The translations under genes were made by a program, and so were the position numbers. A model generated the notes under the pieces. The model saw nothing but the letters and a program-made list of their open reading frames with translations, was not told the origin of the DNA and searched no databases. A stretch of 64,000 nt of DNA, from positions 337,652,001 to 337,716,000 of the forward strand of contig OZ024742.1 of assembly GCA_964016885.1 (NCBI GenBank), written 5' to 3'. The stretch comes from Eledone cirrhosa. Taxonomy: Eukaryota. Below, in pieces: positions 29,494 to 41,966 of this stretch; position 1 is the first letter of the stretch, and every line of letters starts with the position of its first letter.

Positions 29494-31417
29494 TGTAGCA
29501 AAATCTGTCCACGCCTTGAACCCTGGGTGACACCTTTTCAGCGTAAACAAGTTCATGCGTGGGCGATCCCTCGAGGCGAGAAACAGAAAACGACAGGTAT
29601 AAAAAGTCTGTATCATCCCACGTCTAACACACAGAAAGATCGGAGTAGTACACTAGAGAATAGCTATGTAAAAGATTCACCACAGACCATTACTCTCTCT
29701 CTCTCCTAGTCTCAGACTACACCAGCCTCATGAAGCAACACCAAAAACACTTTCAACCGTTGTAACTCTTTATAACCTGTTCGTTGTGAAAATATGAAGT
29801 GAAGTGAAGTAAACCTTTTCATATATAAAGTAAATCAGCTATTCTTGTTATTTCATCTAACGACCACTATTAATACCCTTCGGTACATTGGTGACCCCGC
29901 CGCGGGAACGAACAGATTCCTCTAAAAAAAAAAATAAGAAGTGGTATTTTAAAAAAGAAAACAACACGCAACCTTTCTTCACATGGCTTCCATTGACAAC
30001 ATCAACAACTTTCTCAACAGCAGCTTCCTCAGCAATCTATAATTACCAAGCTTCTCGTCTATATGGTACGATATGATAAAACTTCACTTCAAATTATTCA
30101 CCAAACTTTGATTCTACGGAATATTTACAGTGATTTCGCTTCGATGTTTCGATTCATTACCAAACATTTCACCACGTGCTTCGTAATCTCCAACAACAAC
30201 AGACAATACTACTAGCTTCCTAGCAAGAAAACGATAACATTCTTAAACCCCAAAAAAAAAAAAAAAGAACTCAGACACATAAAGAAGAGAAAAACTTAAC
30301 TTTTTGTAAAGAACAATTATATAAATATTTTTTTTCACAGGTTATATATAAACGTTCATTTTTTTTTACTGTATTATATGCCTGTGTGCACATACACGTT
30401 TTGCTTGAAACACACATCATTTTCTTTTTGCACACAATCAGTTTGTTACTTGTAATGTATGTTCTTGATTCGGTTGGGATTCTGCGAGATCACTTTTCAC
30501 CTGATCGAGGTACGGCAACAGCTATAAAACACATGAAACTCACCCACACTGGGACTACTCGCCTGGATTCACTCAGGCACGCAACTCAAAATTGCACATA
30601 CTCATGTCATAGCGTAAACCTCGACTCACTGGAAAAGCATCTTATGTATACATCGAGAGAAATAGTCCTCTGTATTTTCATATCATAATCCGATACTGCA
30701 TCCCCAAACATTCAGCCAGCCATACACAACAGTTCGAAATACACGATCACAACTCTGCATATTTACAGTTTCTTCTAAATGTTACACACACACATGCATA
30801 CACAGTTATACGATTTTTTTTTCTCTCCAAATTTCTCTGCACTCGAAATACGGGCGCAGTACCCTCATTTTGTGTGTTTTGGGACACGCTTCTGGAATCA
30901 GATTTCGCTACCCCTTTTGTAATCAATCACTGCTCCTGCATCGAGCTGGGTAGGGAACTAATGTAGCAAAATCTGTCCACACCTTGAACCCTGGGTGACA
31001 CCTAAAAGTCAAATTCTAGGTCACCATCCTTTTCGGAGTAAACAAGTTCATGCGTGGGCGATCCCTCGAGGCCGGAAAGCGAAAACGACAGGTATAAAAA
31101 GCCTGTATCATCCCACGTCTAACACACAGAAAGATTGGAGCAGTACGCTAGAGAATAGCTATGTAAAATATTCACTGCTACCTACAGGCTGCTGAGGTCT
31201 ACAGACAACCACAGACCATTACTCTCTCTCTCTCCTAGTCTTAGACTACACCAGCCTCATGAAGCAACACCAAAAACACTTTCAACCGTTGTAACTCTTT
31301 ATAAACCTGTTCTTTGTGAAAATATGAAGTGAAGTGAAGTAAACCTTTTCATATATAAAGTAAATCAGCTATTCTTGTTATTTCATCTAACGACCACTAT
31401 TAATACCCTTCGTTACA
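29494..31417 (+). mobile_element. Complete non-autonomous LTR retrotransposon (TRIM-like)
   Basis: LTRs 29494-29887 and 30962-31417, both TG..CA. PBS TGGTGACCCCG (tRNA-Trp) at 29889. Purine tract GGGTAGGGAA before the 3' LTR. 4-bp TSD GATT. Confidence 0.93.
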
Positions 31418-31437
31418 GATTTACTAATATAATTTAA

Positions 31438-31980
31438 CTGGTGGATTTGTAGTATCGGTAGAGCGTCAGACACCATGTTTCATAGCATAGAGTTACGACC
31501 TTTACGCAAAGTACCATTTACGCACTGGGGTCTATTTAATCGATTTTACGCTCCACAAAACTTTTTGCCTGGTGCCTAAATCAGAAACCATTATTCTTTT
31601 GCAGCAAATTGAGGGCGGTGGAGGGTCGGACGCCATGCTTTGCAGCACGGTTACGTCCCTTTACGGACTGAGTTCAAATCCCGCCAAGGTTAACTTTGCC
31701 TTTCATCCTTACGGGGTCGATAAAATAAAGTACCAGTAATACACTGAGATAATTGCTGGCCTTGTGCCAAATGTAGAAACAATTATCATTTATCTAAAGG
31801 CGGTGGATTGGCAGTATCGGTAGAGGCTTTGACGCATAGTTACGGCCCTTGCCATTCTGAGTTCAAATCCCGCCAAGGTTAACTTTGCCTTTTATCCTTA
31901 CGGGGTCGATAAAATGAAGTACCAGTAATACACTGGGATAATTGCTGGCCTTGTGCCAAAAGTAGAAACAATTATCATTT
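31438..31980 (+). mobile_element. Three head-to-tail tRNA-derived SINEs
   Basis: Units start near 31438, 31612 and 31798 with GGCGGTGGA...; the last two have the B-box and core. Confidence 0.8.
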
Positions 31981-32344
31981 ATCTTATGTTTGGAATATAA
32001 CCTAACGTTTCCTATATAAAATTCTGGTGAAAGGTTTTTAGATAAATTTAAATACTTTATAATATATAGCTTTCTGTAGCATAGTATCAAAAGAGTAGAA
32101 GGAACATCAATCGGTATGTCTTTAATTCAGCAGCACGTGTGACTCACATATATATTCCACAAGACAGAAATAAAATATATTTTGTTACATACGTATTTCC
32201 TATGTAAAGCGTTCTTGGTAGACATTGTAGTGTCCTTTTTAAAAGTTTTATTTTCTTCTTCGTATCAACAGATCTTTGAAAACTTTAAAGAAAAGAAGGA
32301 ACATGGTCGTTTGTTGATTTGGTTATAACACTTAATCAAAACTA

Positions 32345-32395
<51 letters not shown>

Positions 32396-32409
32396 GTAAT
32401 AATAGAGCA

Positions 32410-32562
32410 ATGGACAGAATGGCAGATCCGTCATCCAAAAAAATGCAACTGCTTAGGAGGTTTTCTACTCTTTGTGACAGTAAATATAAACCTGTAAATG
32501 CATTGCGTGTGACCACCTTCTCCGTGAAACCCGAGCCTCAAGAGAATGAACCGAAACCTCAG
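32410..32562 (+). CDS. Tctex-1 family dynein light chain, coding exon 1
   Basis: ATG-initiated open frame MDRMADPSSKK...EPKPQ (51 codons) ending CAG|GTAAAT, phase 0, compatible with exon 2. Confidence 0.65.
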
Positions 32563-32728
32563 GTAAATGTTCTTACTTCAGGCTGACTTACTTATCAGAA
32601 TAGGTTGTTTGTTGTTCTTTCGTTTTTAAGTTGACATTGCTGGGTTTTGGCAATCTTCAAATAAAGGCAATAGGATGATATATATCATTATAACATTAAT
32701 ATATAAATGTGTGTACCCGAGTATATAT

Positions 32729-32891
32729 CAGACCTGTCAACTTTCTCCGTGGGACTGGGAGATCTCCCACACACTTTGGGGTGAGTGAGAAATGTCTTCT
32801 TTTGTGAAAATGGGAATAGCTTTCATTATGTAAAGTCTCCCCATTTTGTCTCATTTCTCCCCGTTTGGCTTTTTAGAGGTTGGCAAGTCTG
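32729..32891. mobile_element. MITE (hAT-like)
   Basis: TIR CAGACCTGTCAAC / GTTGGCAAGTCTG. Flanks GTATATAT and CTATATAT suggest an 8-bp TSD. Confidence 0.6.
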
Positions 32892-32909
32892 CTATATATA
32901 TATATATGC

Positions 32910-33560
32910 GCGTCACACGGAGCTAAACCTCATTCTCAAGAGAACTTTGGCCTGGGCGAACATCCCTTCAATCTTGGAACCATCTGGGTTGTCCAGGAGT
33001 AATGGGAAAAGACCAGACGGCCTTACTCTGTGCCCCTGGTCGAGAGGCAGGTGCCTTGTCTGGGATATCACAGTTAGTAACTCTTTTGCTTGTTCCCACA
33101 TACTGGATGCAGCGGTTAGGGCGAGAGCCACAGCTTCCGCAGCCGAATGGAGCAAAATCCTAAAATACCGTGATCTGTCGGCTAACTACATTTTCCAGCC
33201 TGTGGCGTTCGGGGGAATCGGGCTACTGACTGCGAAATTCTTATCTTCACTGGCGGCTCGCCTAACAAAGGTAACTGGTGAATCTCGCGAGGGCGCTTGG
33301 TTGTTCCAACGCACCAGCCTGGTCATAAACGAGGTAACGCTGCGAGCGGGCTGGCTTGCCTCAAAAATCATTAAAGAGGTTTCCCAGTGCTCCTCGCGAC
33401 ACTGCTATCTTTTGCTCTGGTAGTCCTTTATATTATATTCGTTTGTCTTTTGTTCTGTAAGCATTGTATTATTATATCTCTATTTTTCATTTTATTTATA
33501 ATGTTGTTATTATTATTTTTTATTTTATTTTATTTATTTATTTTTGTAATTTGAATAAAA
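32910..33560 (+). mobile_element. 5'-truncated CRE-type non-LTR element, restriction-like endonuclease domain
   Basis: RH.ELN...EPSGLSRSNGKRPDGLTLCPWSRGRCLVWDITV...K..KY is the RLE signature. Begins at a (TA)n tract; AT-rich 3'UTR with AATAAA. Confidence 0.85.
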
Positions 33561-33680
33561 TATATGTGTCCATATTTACATGAAGGTGTGTCGAGGAACA
33601 AGTTATAAAACTGTCAATTGAAATTCACAAATCATATTTCTTGCTTCAATGAAATCTATAGTTGCAACAAACTACATGTA

Positions 33681-33870
33681 CAAGGAGGTGCTGAAAAGTT
33701 CCTGGCTTTGGGTAAAAGAAAATACTTGAGGATCACTTGATTATGATTTTATTCAACATATTCCCCTCTCAGATTCACACTTATTGTAGCGGTCCTACTT
33801 CCCCTGTAAAGGTAACAGCTTAACCCTTTCACGATATGCTTAAAACCAGAAACTTTTTAGCACCCCCTTG
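33681..33870. mobile_element. Tc1/mariner-derived MITE
   Basis: About 28-bp imperfect TIRs CAAGGAGGTGCTGAAAAGTTCCTGGCTT / AAACCAGAAACTTTTTAGCACCCCCTTG with TA flanks. Confidence 0.75.
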
Positions 33871-34224
33871 TATATATATTATATTTATTTCACAGCCATT
33901 AAATTACATGTATGATGTATATAATTTCATTTTTTTTTGTATATTTATTTATTTTATATTCACTTCTTTCGTAATATCGTTACGTCACATCCGTCTTTTA
34001 GTTTTCATTTTCATTGTATTTTTACTTTCACTTTGTTATACAGGAATTTGCTGCTTGAAGTGCTCTTGCCATTTATGCCGACTGCCAGGTCGTTTAAAAT
34101 GCTACTTGGTCGAAAAAGATATTTAATCAACAAATTTCAATTAAATTATATAATGATTGTAATTAAAAAAAAAGAAGAAACATTAAATCGCGAAAGCAAA
34201 AGAAAGGAGGAGGGAGTGACAGAA

Positions 34225-34610
34225 TTTACACCCCAGTCTAGGCGGTATCTCTTAGCTGTGTCCCGCGGACAAAATGTCGGAGTTATTGCCGCTCCCAACA
34301 GCCAGCGACGCCCACCGCATCTGTGACGAGATTGGAGGTGGAGAACGTGTTGCAAAAAAGTGGCATCCCAGATTAGAAATTTACTTCCCTTGAATGAGAA
34401 GGTTATCCCGTCTGGGAGCTTTACCATTGCCATGGTCGAGGCCGACAGGCTCCAGCTGTGACGAGAAACTGGCCGCATTAAGCCTCCTTCTGATGATGTT
34501 CTAGCCAGTGTGCTGAGGGAACCTACCTGCGACAAGAAAACGGATGTAGTTTGAAATCATCGACCTTGGCAACACAACGCCATTCCGATGCACTCAGGAG
34601 TATTTGGTTG
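34225..34610 (-). mobile_element. CRE-type RLE fragment
   Basis: PDGITFSFKGSKFLIWDAT motif on the minus strand. Confidence 0.65.
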
Positions 34611-37082
34611 TGCACAAAATGCCTTGTGCTATTTAGTTGTGTCCCTTTACGTTCTAAAGATATAAATGTTCTTACACGAACTATTTTATTAAGGCTATCA
34701 TATACAAAAATAGACAACTGCTTCAATTAAATATATAAGTGTTATGATTTACAAAAGAATTAAAGGTTCAGAAAGAAAAAAATTGGAGAAGACATGCGCA
34801 CTCAATTACACACTACAGCAGAGAATGTTGGTGTTGCTCTCTAACAATTTTTGAGGCAAACCAAAGACATTGCATTAGTACAGGTAATAGCATGACTAAA
34901 ACACTGGAATAGTCAAGCACCCTCACGAACATCAACTGATACTTCACTAAGATCGGATAATAGCGAGGCTAAGATGCTGGAATAGTCAAACACCACTTTG
35001 AGCATCACCTGATACTGGAGTCGATTTAATCGAACCCCCCCCCCCCCCCCCCCCAATTACTGGCCTTGTGCCTAAATCAGAAAAGATTATTATATAGCTT
35101 GTTGGAATATAGAAATGTAAGATTGTATGTATTGAATAAATGAGAGAACCGATATACACACTGTAAATGAGGTTGGTATTAAGAAGAGCATCCAGACATA
35201 GAAACATAGCGAGGAACAGTTCTGTATGAACAAGACATGGCCATTTCATCTGGCTTGTCTCACAATGGCACAACTTGTCTAACCCATGCTAACTTGGAAA
35301 AATTGACGTTAAATGGTGGTGATGATGATGATGATGATAATGATGTGGAGGACTTGGTTGATATTTGGTTCAAGCATAGTTGAAGTTAATTTAGATAAAT
35401 TGAGTTATGTCCAATAACATGTGCGTAGCATGCATAAGAGTCCTCAACAAAGTTTCATTTCACATCTATACTCACTTAATTTACATTTTGATAAAAAGAA
35501 AACACAAAATGGACAGAGATAACAAAAGTGTCTGTTTTATAAAATAGAGTTATTTTATTGTCAAACATCAGAGTTGAAACTTCAGTCAAATCTTTGGTTG
35601 ATTTGTTGAAATCATGAGATTAAGAGAAGAATAATCCTAAAGCAAAGATTGTGAATTACTTTTTGTGTAGATGAATGGTATGAAATGTTAAGATAATATA
35701 TTGTGTATATTGTGATAGCATATATTGATAGCCATGTAAAGATTAAAGGGAGAGAGAAAGACAGGCTAACTATGTGAGTGAAGAGATGTGAGAGAGTAAA
35801 AGATGCAGCTTGGCAGGTAGTCCTGCTTCACTGGCTGAAGGGAGTCAGGGAAGATAGCAGTCTCCTAACTTACCACCTATGTAAGTCACAGTGGATTTTG
35901 AAGTCTTCTTATTTGTCTACTTATTCCTGAGAGGGACATGGGGGAAGAATCCTCAAACACTCCTTCCAGCGAGTCCTGTCAGAAGCAACCATCTCCAACT
36001 GATCTGGTTGGATCCCCAAGCGAAACTAGCCAATCTCATGGATGTTATCCAACCAACTTGCTCAGGGTCTACCCCTGAGTTTCCTGCCATTTGGTTTTGT
36101 CTGTAAAATCTGTCCTCTCAATTCAGGGAGATTTTGAAGTCAGAGTACAAAAAAAAAAGAAAAATCAGTAAAAATTACGTCTAATGCTCTTATTTACCAT
36201 TACAGTGGTGGAGCAAGAACTGAGAGAGTGAGAGCTGGCAGTATAATCAATTATACAAAAAAAATACCTCCTTTAGTGCCTGGTCATTTGCTTCTTTGCC
36301 TGCTCCTCCAAACACCCTCTTTGGTGTTCACCTAGATAACCTCCTAGTGTACACAGACATTAAGTATAGAAACTTCTCTGATCGTTTCAAGCCAACCAGC
36401 TGTCTATTCCTGTTCATGCTGCTTCTATCACTCCCTACCAGTATGCTTCCAAGCTTGCTTCTATCTTCATTAAAACTCTTCAATTCTCCTCCCTCCCTTC
36501 CTCTAGGTATTTATAGAAACCCTTTACAGTATGTTCCATTTATAGAGAAACAACTATTTTGTTCCCCCTAATACCCAATGTTTCACCTTCACTTCCATCA
36601 TCTTTAAAATGATGAAGATAACTGTAGACAACCTTGTGTCTGTCTTCCTACTTAGTGCCTACCAAAACAGTTTTCATAGTACCAGATCTGTTGTCCTGCA
36701 CTAAACACCAGTCTCCTCTCACTCGTGAGAAAGTAAAAGCAATGTTTTTATCCTTGATATCAGAAAACTTTCTGATTGTGACTAACACAAGAACTTTCAA
36801 GTAAAGTTACCCAGCTATAAACTCTACCCACTTTTTACAACCAACATTAATTTATTATATATATCTTGTATATTTATGGTGGTCAGTTTGGCAGTCATTG
36901 GAGTGTTGGGTATTTGTTCCAGCTCCCTGTGTTCTGAGTTCAAATCCCAATAAGGTCCACTTTCCTATATTCAATATCAATAAAGAAAGTACCAGTCCAG
37001 TGCTAGTGCTGCCTTCTCTCCTTCCTAGATGTTCTGTTGGATCAAGGATGGGAAAATTAAAATAATGTCTATATCTACTTAT

Positions 37083-37283
37083 CCCTTTAGCATTTACATT
37101 ACTCTATATTTACTATTGTATTTTCATAGAAAAGGCTTTACCTCACATAATATTGAATCTAAGAGATTTTGATATTATTTATTTTGAGAACAATACTTTA
37201 ATGTGGGAATGAGTTATGACCGGTTAGAACAGAAAGAGGTGAGAGAATTCTGGCCAGTTACAGCTGGTTTAAATGCTAAAGGG
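37083..37283. mobile_element. piggyBac-like MITE (TTAT TSD)
   Basis: Perfect TIR CCCTTTAGCATTTA; same family as 24492-24686. Confidence 0.75.
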
Positions 37284-37428
37284 TTATGACTACATAGGCA
37301 CCTAAAGACTTTAGTGAAAGCATACTACATACTACCAAGTCATACTCGATTGTCAGTAATGGCTATTTTTTTTTTGTATTTGTATATTTATACTAATGTT
37401 CTGTCACTTGTCTTCTTTATATTCTCAG

Positions 37429-37522
37429 TATGACCCATTCCATCTAATGCTCCCTGACGTTCCATTTAAACCAGAGAAAGCTCGAAATATTATTAAAAAA
37501 TGCATGCACAAGAGTTTAGATG
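37429..37522 (+). CDS. Tctex-1 family dynein light chain, coding exon 2
   Basis: Polypyrimidine-CAG acceptor, YDPFHLMLPDVPFKPEKARNIIKKCMHKSLD(G), GTAAGT donor, phase 1. Confidence 0.85.
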
Positions 37523-38336
37523 GTAAGTTTTAGACTTTTCATAAGACAGACCAGAAACCTTCTGATGTTACTTAGTCAAAGTGATACACTGAATAGTATA
37601 AGGGTGGAGGATAGTGATTTAGTGAGTAGTAAAGAGGGTGATATATTATATAAGCAAAAATATGATTAGCCATGAAGATTTGATTGGTTGGCAAAAATTA
37701 AAAAAAAGCTTTGGAAAATGTTACACTTAGAAAGATGTATATATCTATATTTCCTAGTAACAAATGTGAAGCTATTTCTGCTTCCCACAGTACATATCAT
37801 ACACTCTCTCCCATTGCTGCCTTGTTTTACCTTTCTAGTGTTGATGCCATGATAAAACATACCAAGGACACTCTGAAAAGTGGTCGTGCTGGTGTAAATG
37901 ATAAAATGCACTGAGTATAATCTGTAAAGTGGTTCACAATAGGAAGGGTATCCAGCAGCAGACTGTATGAGCATGCCTTGTTTCTCAGATGCATCTAGTA
38001 TCAGAACATGACAGCTTGTCAAACCCATGCCAGCATTGAAAACACATAAAATGATATATATTATGGCTTGTGTATCTTGGTTTGTAGAAAAGGTACACAA
38101 TATCTTTTGCATGCTGTAAGAGGCAATGAAAAGGGTTGGCATCCAGCTGTAAAACATTGTCTCAAAACATCCCATCCAACCCATGCCAGCATGGAAAAGT
38201 CAACATAAATGATGATGTTACATATATCATATCATGTATTTGTGTTTATATATATATATATGTCTGAGTGTAACTTTTTATAAACATTATACATGTTGAT
38301 ATGGAGTTGGCAGTTTTTCAGATATTTATTATGCAG

Positions 38337-38427
38337 GAACAGTATATGATGCATCTTCAGCTAAGCAGAAGGCGATTGACCTGGCCAACACCATCAAAAT
38401 ACAAATTAAACAAAGACATTTTTCACG
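38337..38427 (+). CDS. Tctex-1 family dynein light chain, coding exon 3
   Basis: TGCAG acceptor, TVYDASSAKQKAIDLANTIKIQIKQRHFS(R), GTAAGA donor, phase 2. Confidence 0.87.
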
Positions 38428-39969
38428 GTAAGAAAAACCTCTAAGTAAACCTACTGTGTCACTATTTTGATTCTGTTTAACCCTTTTATTGTATGTATAG
38501 ACCCGTAATGATGACGATGATGATGATATATATATATATATATACATTCCTGATGATTTCATATGAATGAAATAGTTTTAGTCCTGTAGAAGTCATTTCT
38601 ATCATCGTTATCACCATTTAACGTCTTGTTTTCCATGCTTGTATAAATTACACAGGTTGTCCACATTATGAGGCAAATTTAGCCAGTTGGCCATGCCCTT
38701 GCCTAAACAGAAGTGTATTTTAGCTGGGGGTTTTTACAGCTGGATGCCCTTCTTAACACCAACTACATTTACAATGTTGAATGGGGTGGTCCCTTAATGA
38801 GAAGAGTCTGGCCAGTTGGTCATGCTGTACCCTGCTCATAGTGGGTTCGTATTTGGGAGCTGCCACATTCATAACCAAAATGGGTTTTAAAACTATTAAT
38901 TACAGACGAAAAGAGCCATTTATATATATATACACGATGATGATCTGCTCTGATTGAAAGCGAGACTACTTTTTATCAGATATGCACATAAGTAGTTCTT
39001 GAGCCACAATAGCTGATTGTCTTGTCTGGTTTGTGGATATTTAAAAGCTTTTTTAGACCAGCACAAGATTTACATATCTTACTACAAATGTAGCATATGA
39101 GTGTGTCTGTTAGAATGAAGTTTGTGTAATTTGGACCAACTGTGAGAAGATGAGTTCTGAGATGTAATCCAGCCTTAGAAAAGAAAGTGTTACCACTTGT
39201 TGAGCAGCTGAAGGGTGAATCTATTAGTGTGTTAAGCAAAGTGATTATATATATATATATATAAACACACAACAGGCTTTTCAGTGTCTTTCTTCCAAAT
39301 GAACTCATGAGGCATTAGTTTCAGCTTCAATTCCACTGTGTGGCACTTTGAGCAACTATCATCTATTATAGCTAGGCTGATTAATGCCTTATCAGTAAAA
39401 ATTGGTACCAGAAACTACAGGCTGGTTAATGTAAAATTTGGTAGGCAGAAACTATGTGGAAGCCCCAGTGTATATATATACAAATGTTTGTTTCTTCATA
39501 TATCTTCACACTGACACAATATCAAAATTTTCTATTTTTGTGTTGGACCATCAGACCATGTTAATACTTATTCAGAGTTACTGCCCTCCTAGATTGACCA
39601 AGAGACTATGTCTCACTCAATAAATCGCTATGAGTAAAGATGATATATATGTGTGTGTGTGTTGCGAATGGATGAGGAATGCTGGGTGAAGTGCTAGATG
39701 TAAGCGGAAGGAAGCTACAGTAGAGGAAGACCGAGTAAATCCTGAGCAGAGGTGGTTAGAGCTGATCTTAAAATACTGACTCTCACAGTGATGATGAAGT
39801 GAAATAAGACTATATTGGAGAGGAGCTATCCAAGCGATGCAAGCATGGAAATGCAGATGTGAAATGATGATGAGGATGATGATATATTGGAAAAAATTTG
39901 ATCCATGAAAATACTGTTACATAACACCATTAATGACCTATATCTGAGATGTCTGTTTTTTCCTTTCAG

Positions 39970-40135
39970 ATACAAGTATGTGGTATCAGCTCTAATAGTT
40001 GAGAAAAAACATCAAGATTTAACACTGAGTAGGAAGGTGTTACAATCAGTTGAAAATGATGGTTATGCTGAATATGTGTTTGAAAACAACTCTTTAATTG
40101 CTCATTGTGTTGTAGTGGCTTTTTATTGTGAATAA
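39970..40135 (+). CDS. Tctex-1 family dynein light chain, last coding exon
   Basis: TTTCAG acceptor; (R)YKYVV..IVEKKHQ...NDGYAEYVFENNSLIAHCVVVAFYCE* is the Tctex-1 C-terminal signature. Confidence 0.9.
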
Positions 40136-40239
40136 TACAGATGAAATGCAGAGGACAGCTTCTTAAACACAATTTATAGTGGAATATGGAATTAAATGTT
40201 TTGAGATGAATTTTTTGTTAAGATTATAATTTATAATAA

Positions 40240-40810
40240 TGAGACTGAGCATAAGAGGAATCAAATGCTGTGTGCAGGAGAGGCGGTTGCGCTGGTATGG
40301 ACATGTGATGCGTATGAAGGATGACAGCTGCATAAAAAGGTGCAGAGCACTAGAAGTTGATGGAAACCGCGGAGTGGGGAGACCCAAGATGACCTGGGAT
40401 GAGGTGATAAAAGCCGACCTTACCCAATTACACCTCTCAAAGACAATGACACACGACCGTGACTTCTGGCGTCACGCAGTAATTCAGAGTACCCGACCTC
40501 CCATGGGTACAAGCTGAAGCATATAGACAATATGCCCCCACAGCAAGGTGGTCGTGGAGGTGCCACGGCAAAAAAGCACCCAGCCCACACTGTAAAGTGG
40601 ATGTGTAGGCGCCACGAAAAAGCACCCAGCACTCACTGTAAATGAGGTTGGTGTTAGGAAGGGCATCCAGCTGTAGAAATCAAGCCAAATCAGTTCCTGT
40701 ATGAGCAAGGCATGGTCAGCCGACCAGACACTGCCCACAACAGGACAACCCGTCTAACCCATGCTAGCGTGGAAGAACGGACGTAAAACGGTGATGATGA
40801 TGATGATGAT
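40240..40810 (+). mobile_element. RTE LINE 3' fragment
   Basis: RRLRWYGHVMRM..GRPKMTW ORF end, 3'UTR with the GGGCATCCAGC box, (GAT)n tail. Confidence 0.85.
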
Positions 40811-40835
40811 GGTAGGTTTTTAGATAAATATCGAA

Positions 40836-41050
40836 AGGGTTAAAACAAATAGCTTTGCATCATAGAACCAGGGTGGTTTGGTACTAAAGGTATAAAACAA
40901 ACAGCTTTGCATTATAGAACCAGGGTGGTTTGGTACCAAAGGTTTAAAACAAACAGCTTTCCATTATAGAACCAGGGTGGTTTGGTACCAAAGGGGTTAA
41001 AACAAATAGCTTTGCATTATAGAACCAAGGTGGTTAGATATCAAATGAGT
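40836..41050. repeat. ~52-bp minisatellite, 4 copies
   Basis: Unit AAAACAAAYAGCTTTGCATTATAGAACCAGGGTGGTTTGGTACCAAAGG. Confidence 0.9.
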
Positions 41051-41258
41051 TAGAAGAAATTGCCATATAGTTTATAAGATATACAGATTTAGCTCCCAGG
41101 TGATTTCCTGAGATGCTACAGAACACCTCTGGGTAAACCACAACCCTTTCCATGCTTCTAATGAAATACACTGTACTTCATTTAATTAAGAATTTAGAGG
41201 GATTTACTTAAATTAATAATGTTTCATTATTAAGATGGTATCTATGACATCACTTAGG

Positions 41259-41498
41259 CAATGTTTAAAAAAAAATCGTCTGATAGCACCCAAAGCTGGT
41301 ATCAATCCCAAGAGAATTTAGGAAGTTAATCTGTCCAAAACTAACTCTGGGTTCTATGAAATAAAGAGAAAATAATGAGAAACTTTTTTACTTTGATGGT
41401 TTTGTTTCATAGATTCCAGAGGTAGATTTGGACAGATTAAATTCTCTTGGGGCTGATATCACATTTGGGTACTACTAAACAGTTTTTTTAAACATTGC
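41259..41498. repeat. Imperfect foldback (MITE-like), ~100-bp arms
   Basis: GCAATGTTTAAAAAA..CCCAAGAGAATTTA..TAATCTGTCCAAA..CTATGAAA is mirrored by TTTCATAG..TTTGGACAGATTA..TTCTCTTGGG..TTTTAAACATTGC. Confidence 0.7.
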
Positions 41499-41925
41499 AA
41501 TACTGCTAGTAGGTGAAACACAGCCACCCCACCCTGTTCTAGCCTATTCCATCACCTCCAGCCAGTTAAACAACTTCAGTCCATTCTGTTATGTCACCCC
41601 CCACCATCTCAACTGAACAATTAGCTCAGCTTTCATGTAAATTCCTCTTTAATGTGTTTCTTTGTAAAATCCATATCAATAATGTTTAGTGTTTGTTCCA
41701 GTTCAGCATGTATGGACCAGTTTTACAGTAGAGATTGTTCAAAGGAAAGCATTCAGTATTTCACTGAATAATGGGAAGACATTTTGAAATGTTCACAATA
41801 CACAACACATAAATACACATAGTACACTCTATAAACACATACATACATATAGCACACACTATAAACACATACAAAAAACACATAGTACACACCATAAACA
41901 CATGTATACATATAGCACACACCAT

Positions 41926-41966
<41 letters not shown>

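Noticed and set aside
31612-31700. tRNA gene
   Set aside because: A/B boxes belong to SINE heads; no cloverleaf, and the SINE core follows.
15000-32400. Bidirectional promoter shared by TRIC and the Tctex gene
   Set aside because: The genes are head-to-head but 17 kb apart, and no linking non-coding exon could be supported.
40836-41050. Regularly spaced repeats considered as a CRISPR array
   Set aside because: Tandem units without unique spacers, eukaryotic context, no cas genes.
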